A stretch of DNA of 64,000 nucleotides, from NCBI RefSeq assembly GCF_009914755.1, contig NC_060935.1; one strand, written 5' to 3'. The notes beneath the pieces are model-generated. The model was not told the origin of the DNA and searched no databases. It saw nothing but the letters and a program-made list of their open reading frames with translations. Below, one piece after another: positions 54,765 through 64,000 of the stretch. The stretch comes from the human T2T-CHM13v2.0 reference genome, Homo sapiens. Position numbers and translations under genes: made by a program. Within the stretch, counting starts at the first letter, position 1. The number at the start of each line of letters is the position of its first letter.

Positions 54765-56013
54765 GCAGGTAGCCATTAAGGTAGCTACTATTCTAGAAGA
54801 ACCTCTATTGATACCTTAAAATACCGAAATAAAAGCTACTCCTTTTCTCCCAAGCTACGCATATATATTCACGTGAGCATAGGTTTCCTTGCACTCATGC
54901 ATACATGAATGCACTTATTAGCTAAAACAAAATTGCAAAAATGGCAATCTCTTTAGATTCTATGTAGAGTATATAGTTCACATTTCTATTTCCATAAAAA
55001 ATGCAGCACATCATATGATTACATTTTATAAGTCTATATTGTTAAAGAGAGAGCAGGAAGACCAACAGTCGGAGCATACACTGGAGAGGTGCAATTTAGT
55101 ATCAAAGAAGGAATTATAATTGAGAGAGTTTAGCAGTAGAAGGTCTTTCACTAGAGATATATTTTGCTCTGCTTTTGGTGAGAGTCTTCTAATCACAAAG
55201 ATATCCTAATATAGGCACAAAACACTTACTTTTCTTAAATTTTTCCTAAGGGAGAAAAAAATGAACTCCCACTGACCCTTTTAATCAGTTGGGTCAAATC
55301 AGACCTATTGTTAAAGTGGCTTCAAGTCTTCATTATTTCAAAAATGTATGCCAGAGAAGAAACTTGAAGTTTCCAACAATCAGACCCTGTTACAGATTTT
55401 CCCTGGCAAATTTTCACCAGAATAGAATGATCGGAGAGCTATCTTTGTAAAGTATGTGATTAAGAATCATGATACAGGATTAAATGGTGGGATTTAACTG
55501 CTTTCTTAAATTCAATGTGTGCTCTAACCCCCTGATTGTGGTAAAATTGAAACAATCCTCCTTCCTCTTAGACTGCAGAAAACAGAATCCATTAATTCTC
55601 TGGCCCTGCATGCTGTAGAAATATGAGTTAAATTAATCTTTCAGACTGGAAAATTTCATTCATTCATCCAATCATTCATTCACACGAACCAGTTAGGAAT
55701 CAAACACAAAGTAGTTTAGCCCTCTTGCTATAAATAGAAAAGAGAATTTTAGAGAGCTGAAAGAGGCCTTGCTTTTGGTCAGTGACAGAATGTAAGCGGC
55801 AATAATTTCACATTAAACACATTCATTCTGTTTTTAGCAAGAAAATTAATGCTCTGCTGGTAGTCATGAGCGTAGCTACTATTCCAGAACAACCTTTATT
55901 GATACCTAAAAATACTAACATGAAGATTGCCTCTTTCCTCTAAAGCTGTGTGTGTGTGTGTGTGTGTACAAACTTGCACAGGGGTGGTCTTGTACTTGCA
56001 CACACATTAATGT
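54765..56013 (+). repeat. Old ~150-bp direct duplication (copies ~54765-54912 and ~55856-56013, offset 1091)
   Basis: Core 54781-54824 vs 55872-55915 is 40/44 identical; weaker similarity on both sides. Confidence 0.85.
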
Positions 56014-56399
56014 CTGTAATAGTAACAGTGACATTTAATAAATATTTTGTCTTTGCATTCCTCCCTATTTTATCTCCTTTCATCTATTCCTATCCTTTAC
56101 TGACATTTTTTTCTTTGTGCTTGGTTAATGTATGGTCAATTTCAAAACAAAAGAGAACCTTCCTCTCTGACCTGAAGCCCAAACTACCATTTACTCTTGG
56201 ACTTTCCAGGCAGCACTTCTGGTACGTGAGGGCCTTGCTCTTATTTCCCATTTTTGCAGTTTTTATATGAACATTATATTTTTTCTTACTCTTTTGTTAC
56301 CTTCCATTTTCCTATAAAGGAGGGAGTGTTGTGAGCATTTATTTCCCAGGAAATGGCACGTAGATCTTTCTAATAGTTATGCTGAGAACATAGTTTTGG

Positions 56400-57130
56400 G
56401 GGTTTCCTTTGACATTTCAAGTCATCTCAGAAAGATTTGTGGTATAGAAGAAAAATCTTAGTTTTCTTCAGCTTTTAGGAACTTGAGATGTAGTGAGGTT
56501 TCAGGGCAGGGTTGAAATACAGTAAGATGGTTCCAAGGTCCCAGTCATCATGTGAGTTGCAGTTCACAGAGCGATAGAAACAGCAATGTTGGGTCCTGAC
56601 CAGAAAGACCTGGGGACAGGAAGTAGGAGTGGTATGCAAATTGCAAAAGGAAATATGCATGCAAATGTGCTAAGGCTGAGTTCCTCAAAATGCGAATGGC
56701 GGGCCACCTACAGCAAAGTCACCCAGGAGTGCTTGTTAAAAATGCAAATTGTTTGGGCCCACATCAAACCTAAAAGGATGTAGGTTACTGGGGAGTGAGG
56801 CCTGGGGAATCTATATTTTATCCATATTCCCCAGGAGATTTTTCTATATTCACAGGAAAAATCACAAGAGCTGGAGATCACCAGGAAGAAGAAAGAGACA
56901 CAGGAAGAAGTGAAAGAAATTTAGACTGGTTGAAGCTAGAGTCTAGGCAAGCGTGGGGGAATAGGCAAAGGCAAAGGCAAAGTGAGAGAAGTTGTGTAGA
57001 CATTTGGGAGCCCATCTTACTGTTTCTCCAAGAATTTGGACATTATCCTAAAAGCAGGGGGAGATGGGTAGCAGCTATAAAATCTTCTTGGCAGAAACTA
57101 GCACGGACAGAAATTTTACTAAGTACCTGG
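56400..57130 (-). mobile_element. L2 fragment split by MER5
   Basis: gatggttccaaggtcccag...ggtatgcaaattgcaaaaggaaatatgcatgcaaa...aagaatttggacattatcctaaaagcagggg. Confidence 0.55.
56674..56865. mobile_element. MER5A/B (hAT-Charlie)
   Basis: cacccaggagtgcttgttaaaaatgcaaattgtttgggcccac...ctggggagtgaggcctggggaatctatatttta...tccccaggagatt. Confidence 0.75.
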
Positions 57131-57803
57131 CAGTGGGCTGTTTCAGGATACCTTGTTATTGAATCAGTGCCATATCCCTATGGCATAATTATACACATCC
57201 CTACTTTTGACAGGGACACTGACTCACAGAGAAACTAAGAAATTTGATCAAAGTCACAAATAAGTTTTCTAGTGCTAGAGGTAGGGTTTGAACCCAGGTA
57301 CCCAAGCTTGTTTTTCTAACCACTTCACAAACTGCCTCTTAGACAAAGATACAACTTATACATTGTTATTGTGTAAGCACCAGGTGTTAAGGCTCCAGGA
57401 GTGATGTTTTGTTTTGCTTTGTGTTTTGTTTTATTTTGGAGTTGTGCGGCGGGGGCAGTAAGGATAGCAACACCAGTAAAACAAAACCCTAGAGGTATAA
57501 TCCAATGCAGTAACTAATATGTAAAATAGGAGTTTCAATGTTATCATAAATAAGATGCTGTATAATCAAAATGAATTATCTAGTGAGTTTTATGTTTTAG
57601 CTTTCAACCACTGATACTAATAAGATGGGTTGAGGTTCCAGTTTCATAAAATAAGAAATAGAAAAGTATTACAGATTCCTTCATTATGACTGCTTAATGC
57701 ACATGGTAGTGATAAACCTACTACACATTGGAGCTAGGTCCTTTGGGTTCAAATCTCAATATCGTTAAACTGTCATGCATGGGGCCAATTCACTTAACAT
57801 CCT

Positions 57804-57915
57804 TGTAAGACAGGCAGGCTGGCCAATTTCCTATTTTGATGTGGTCTTGTGAAAAAGGAAAAGAAAAAACTTCTCACTCGATCTGTAGCTTATCTGTCTT
57901 CCAGCCAATCAGCAA

Positions 57916-57946
<31 letters not shown>

Positions 57947-58378
57947 AGACCCAAGAAGCTCTTACCCACAAGTTCCTGCTTTATGGAGACAGGGACTTCT
58001 TGGGACACCACATGCACAGTTATAAATGTCAACTTATAGTTACCCCTTCCTCATTTTAATGCTAAAAATCATGCACGGGGTAGAGATTTAAAATGTTACT
58101 GTTATATGCAGTATATAAGGAAGCATGTAAAGCCACTGCAGGAGCACTAGAAAAATCCCTCCTGTACATGTGCTGATGAAACCCATCTCTGTAGAAAGGC
58201 CCTATAAAACTAATGCACGTACTATCCTAAGGGAGAAGTCTGCCCTTTTGCTTTTGCAGTAGTGACTTCCTTGTGCACAAGCTAAATAAAATCCTTCTCT
58301 TTCTCTTTGCTGCAGCGTCTGGTGATCTCTCTTCATTTCTAGCCTGGGAGATTACAAGGACCCAGGAAAATGGTGACA
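57804..58378 (+). mobile_element. MER67-family (ERV1) solo LTR inserted in a MIR; internal (TAAA)n
   Basis: TG...CA ends; cattttaatgctaaaaatcatgc...gagatttaaaatg...gaagcatgtaaagccactgc; TATA cctataaaac and polyA aataaa; MIR halves either side. Confidence 0.75.
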
Positions 58379-59859
58379 CTTCAATTTCCATTCGTTTAAT
58401 TTGTAAAATGAAAAGTATTTACAGCACCTACGTAGCCTAGCTCATCAGACTGTTATAAATAATATGTTCTGGTGCACATAAAAGTAACAATAACAACAAC
58501 CTTTACAAACTGTAGTCAGCAATCCATAGAGTTGGTATTACTAGATGACAAACTCCCTTGGGAATGAGGACTAAGACTCATACAAGACTTTACTCAGCGC
58601 AACGCTTAATGCCTGGAAGTATTCAGCAAATATTTGATAAAAAATGACTTAATCATCTAAGTTGCTTTATTTTAATAAATATATGAATAATCCAACATAT
58701 AAGGAATAAAATAAATCCACATTTTTGTTTAAGAAGTGTTCCTTACCCACCTCACAAAGAAACCTGCCAGAGCTATTTAGAGAGTGTTTGCTTTCTTACC
58801 ATGAAAATCAAAATCGCCTTGTTACCCCATTTTTCTATATACTGTAAATTAATTCAAAAATAATCACAAACCTTATAGTTAAGCCCATCTCCCACAGTCC
58901 CATAAAATGTCTGAAACTTTGGCCCAATTTTAAATTAATCTTATCTAAGTGTACATAACATACATGCTCAAATGTACATATTTAGTAATAGTAACAACAA
59001 AATTAAAAAATGGTTTCAAATAGAAAAAAAAATAGTGAAAGGGGTAGCTAAAAATAGCTAAAGGTGTGACTAAAATTAGCTAAAAAAAATAGCTAAAGGG
59101 AATTTGTGTTAAATTTTAATACACAGACACACATATACATATTTTATTCTATTATTATAATTTGACTTTCTAAAAGATTTTCTTCTGCTTTACAAAGAAA
59201 AACCAAATAATCTGACAAAGTGGTGTAACTAGATGTGTCTGCCATGCAGAATGTTTAAAAGGAAGGTCTTAGTTTGAGTGCAAGTGTTTTGAACCATGAG
59301 TTACAAAATGGATATGTGGCTTATCTCCAGCTGGGATTCATCAAGGGAGCTTGTGCCAGTCACTTCTTTTGGTCCTTCAGTTGGCCCATCTGAAACATCC
59401 CAGGCATGGATGAGAGGAGGGTAAGGGCTGAGGTCCTTTGGATCCCTGGCCTACTAGAATCATCTCCAGAATATATGCCAAGACATTATTCTCTCCCAAT
59501 TCGGTGTATTTTTCTAAAGGGAAGACCAAACATCTGAGTGTTATAAAAGAAAAAATATTATAGGGCTTGAATACACTCATGTCTGACCATTAATTTATTT
59601 GGTCATTCAGCAAATGCTCATTGAAGTTGATGCTATGGCCTGAGACTATGACAGAAGGTTAAAGTGTGTGAGGGGACACACACAAGTAATCAATGACAGT
59701 ATGATGTGATCAACAATATTATAAGCAGCAAGCAGAGTCCTTAGCAAACAAAGACGCAAATTGCAGAACCCTTTTGAAGCAGATGGAAAAGGCTTTACGG
59801 TGAAAACAACGATTAAACTAAGTTTTAGGGAACAGGTAAAAGTGAGCAAGCAAAGTTAG

Positions 59860-60060
59860 AGTAAGCAGGTTTCAAATCCTGATTTACCATTTACTGACCT
59901 TTGGCAAGATATTCATGTTCTCTAAGCCTAGGATCTTCTTTTGTAAAATAATGAAGATAATGCTTCTTCATATGGTTTAGAGTAAACCATAGAAGGTGAA
60001 TTTAAAGCATTCTTAGCAGTGTCTGGCATATATGAAGAGCATAATAAATGTTGATTTCCT
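59860..60060 (+). mobile_element. MIR SINE
   Basis: ggtttcaaatcctgatttaccatttactgacctttggcaag...tctctaagccta...tgtaaaata...aagcattcttagcagtgtctggcata. Confidence 0.7.
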
Positions 60061-60624
60061 CCTTTAAAAGAATGAGCATAAAGGAACCAGGTTCTTTCTT
60101 GGTTAAGACATTAATCATTACTGCCCTTCTGAACCTGAAATGGTTAAACAGGGTGTGACGCCTTTTTTCTTTTCTCTTACTCCCTCCTTTGCTCATATCT
60201 ACATTTCTTGAGGGTGAAGCATCATAAGGAGGCTTTTTTAACAGGGACAGAAATATTCTAAGCACTTCACATATTTTGTTATCTTTAAAAAAAAAAACTT
60301 TGCCTTATGAGATGGGAAATTATCCCAATTTTTCCTTTGAAAAAAATGAGTCTCAGAAAACTTAAGAGATTGCTTAACATGACGTAGGCATCAAGTGATC
60401 AAACTGAGATTCAAATTCAGGTTGCCTGTCTCCAGAGTCTGTTCCCTGAATCACTGTACATGATACATATCTATGATATAATGTGTCTACTATATATTAT
60501 GAAAATCCACCAATGATCACAAGAATAAAAACAGAAGTCCAAGAACAGAACCCTGGGAACACCAACACTGAAGAATCAGTGAAAGGAGAAAAGACCATAG
60601 GAGACTGATTAGGTACTAGCAGAG

Positions 60625-61191
60625 TTTGTTACCTCGCATAAAGGACACTGCTGGTCGCCTGTGCAGGATGCATTACGTTTTCTTGCTTCCCAAAAGGACA
60701 TTAATGATGTTCAGGTATCCACTCTGCCCTTCTCACGTGAAGTAGAGGAACCTTAATCTACTCACAGCTTCAAAAGTGAATTCTAATTATTCTAGATCAT
60801 TCCAAATCAGGAGAGACATTTCTCTAGACACTCTTATTAGTCCAGCGACCTAGGATGGTCCTATAAAACCGAAAATAAGAACTCATGGCATGCATTGGGA
60901 ATTTTCCTCTTCTTCACCCTGCATATGAACCAAGAAACATATTGCCCCAGTTACAGTTGGTAGCCATTCCGTGGCCATCTGAGCTGCTCTGAAGAAAAAG
61001 TTGACGTTGAGAAGAGCAGAACGAAGAGAATCCAGGGAAACAGAGCCAGACATCTGATATAATTGTCACTGGTTGTGTTCCTATCTCTACACTTCTCATA
61101 ACCGGAGAATTATATGACAGACAGTGTTCTCATTATTTGAGTCAGTTTCACTTTTCTGTTACATGAGACAAAAGAAAAGCAAATTGATATA
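60625..61191 (+). mobile_element. MLT1K-like MaLR LTR
   Basis: gacactgctggtcgcc...ttgggaattttcctctt...acagttggtagccatt...ggaaacagagccag...ttttctgttacatg...aattgatata. Confidence 0.65.
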
Positions 61192-62102
61192 TTTTGAGAA
61201 ACAATGAAAAAAGTCTAAAAAGAGAATGCTCAGTAGTATTAGATATTTCAGAGAAGGGAATTTACAGTTTTGGAAAATCTCAATACATCCATAAATTTCT
61301 GACACACAAATAATTTGGCCAATTGGTCCATGGTGAATCTAAGAAATATAGTACTTATTTTTATATGCCCACATTTTTTGGGGAAAGAATAGAAGGTAGG
61401 GGTGGAAGGACCAAGTAAGTGGACTTTACCATTCAGCCTTTTGGAAGTTTATTCATCTATACGTATTTATGCCTGCAAACAATGCTGCACATTTGTATGT
61501 AGTCAGTCTTGTATACTGCATCCAAAAAAATAGACTGTCTCTGAGCATTTGTATAATAAAGCTAGAAAAATTCTGTAATTAATCCCAGACTAATTACCTT
61601 CACACCAAGAAAAGCACTCTGGAGTTGGCATGTGGCTTAACTGCCAAGAACCATGTTATAATAAGGTTGGAGGGAGGACTTTCAAACATTTTGTCCATGG
61701 TATATATACCCTCACTGGATCCGAACACCAGTTATTTACAGAGCTATACAGAGAGAATAAAGGTAGATGAAAACCTCCCAAACTGTATTTTCAGCACCAA
61801 TTTTCATCTTAAGCCTTGTCTATTATATATATGTCATCCAGTTGCATCATAAATTTAAAGAAACAGAAATTGGAGACTAAGATGTCACAAAGACCAACCT
61901 GCTTCCCAATGTAAGGCCCTTTCCAACTCATCCCTGATAACCATCTGAATAATTTCTACTTAAATATGTTTTGGGAGCTAATGCTTAGAAATCAGGAATA
62001 TAAGCATGGAGCCACACCGACCTGGGTTAATGTTCATCTCTGATACTATCTGTACTCTAAAATAAAATTGAGCATTAATTTCCCCTACTGAGATGGATAT
62101 GA

Positions 62103-62534
<432 letters not shown>

Positions 62535-62716
62535 TAGCAGATATAAATCTGTAATTAGCCTCCCTAAAACAACTTCTCACTAGTCCTCATGCCTTCTTCC
62601 TGGAGTTAATAGAAGATAGTTGTTTCCTCCAGAATCATCTCCTCTACCTCAGGAAAGTCATTAAAGAAACACTGGAAGCAAGATTTTTTACTTAAAATGT
62701 GTCTGAGATTGCAAGC

Positions 62717-63080
62717 TGCTATGGTTTAAATGTCTGCCAATCATCATGCATTAGAAACTGAATCCCCAGAGCAAGTGTTGAGAGGTGAGCCTTTTAAGAA
62801 GTGAACAGGTTGTGAGGGCTCTTCCCTCATGAATAAATTATTGTCATTATTGTGGGAGAGGGTTTCTAACCAAAGGATATGTTCCAGTCTCCTTTCTTCT
62901 CTCTCTCAGGTACCTGTGCTATTTTGCCTTTCTGCTTTTCACCATGGGATCACAGCAAGAAGGCCCTTTCTAGATATCATCCCCTTAATGACAGACTTCT
63001 CAGCCTCCAGAATTATAAAAAATAAATCTCTTGCTCTATAAATTACCCAGTCTCTGGTATTCTGTTAATGGACTAAGGCA
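62717..63080 (+). mobile_element. MSTD-like MaLR solo LTR
   Basis: tgctatggttt...ccctcatgaat...cagcctccagaa...aaattacccagtctctggtattctgtt...gactaaggca; 5-bp TSD caagc/caacc. Confidence 0.85.
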
Positions 63081-63789
63081 CAACCCTTCATAAGAAAATT
63101 CTTCCTAAGATTGTTTCAATACCTTGACTTGATATAGAGGTACTGAAGGCATTTGAGCATTTTTCTCAGTACACTCAGATTCTATATTTCATAAATATAG
63201 TTACCCAAATTAACTCCAATATTTCAGATGTGATCTTACCAAAATTAAAAATATAATACACAGTATTCTATCATCTGGATGTTGTACATCTATTAGAATA
63301 GGTAATAGTTGTGTGAATTTGGTGAGCCACTACATCATACAGCCCATTAATAATGTTTTTATTTTATAAAAATTCCTGGATGCCTTTTTTTTTCCATCTG
63401 AGTCCTGAGTTAAAATTGCAGCTCCACTGGCCTTTTGATCTGGGATATGCTGTTTAACTTTCAAGGTCCCAGTTTTCTATCACATGCCAGCAGGTTAATA
63501 AGTGTTGCTTCCCTTACATTTCTCAACTACCTTCTTCATTCTCAACCATTCAGTTGGATGCTTAAGTGACAGATGCAATGGTAGGTACCTGATGGCTTAC
63601 AAGAGAAACAGACCAAGATTGTGAAGAACCTGCCATTTTATGATCTGTATCAATAACTGTACTGGGGTGTCTAGCATCTGCTGACAGTAATTCTCAGGTG
63701 AGCATGGGGATTCCAGGTAGCAACAGGTGAATAGAACTCATTGGATCATTATAATATATCATCAGTATGTGAGAGTCAAAAGTAAGGTA

Positions 63790-63792
63790 TAC

Positions 63793-63823
<31 letters not shown>
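63790..63823. repeat. (AC)n/(ATAC)n microsatellite
   Basis: acacatacatacacacacac... run. Confidence 0.9.
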
Positions 63824-64000
63824 CTGTGCACGGGTGCATGCACACACATAACTTACACCATGCTCCAAATCCTGGAAGCATTTGTGTCAGTGAGTGTGTA
63901 AAATAGAAGCTGGCTCATCTTCCAATGGGAACTAAAAGTGTTTTGCTTTGTGATCATGGCTCCCTGAGTTTATGTGTTTAATCCCAAATTTTTCATAACA

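Overview
Primate (human/great-ape-type) AT-rich, CpG-poor intronic or intergenic DNA. I recognise no protein-coding gene, RNA gene, CRISPR array or CpG island. The long ORFs in the track are L1 ORF1/ORF2 remnants, Alu antisense frames or chance ORFs. A large fraction is transposon-derived: young 5'-truncated L1PA copies, a 5.4-kb older L1PA with both ends nested in an L1M, 8 Alu/FLAM, many MIR/L2/L3 fossils, a near-complete HAL1, a two-LTR MLT1C, solo LTRs (MLT1A, LTR33, LTR8A, MER67, MLT1J/K, MSTD) and DNA transposons (Tigger3b, MER63A, MADE1, MER3, MER5). Subfamily names come from remembered consensus sequences, not a RepeatMasker run, and old-element boundaries are approximate. I found no evidence of a new multi-gene system. 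The most unusual structures are: (1) a 248-bp, 245/248-identical inverted duplication (10925-11172 / 13004-13251) fused by 3-nt microhomology to the 5' end of an L1PA2 that lacks a normal TSD; (2) a ~297-bp AT-rich insertion built from inverted copies of both its flanks (5582-5878); (3) an L1 with a microhomology-bounded RT deletion, a ~270-bp-period 5'UTR array and a probable 3' transduction; (4) an old direct duplication with a disproportionately conserved 44-bp core (54781/55872); (5) a perfect DR5+DR0 nuclear-receptor element inside a candidate minus-strand exon (40130-40345).
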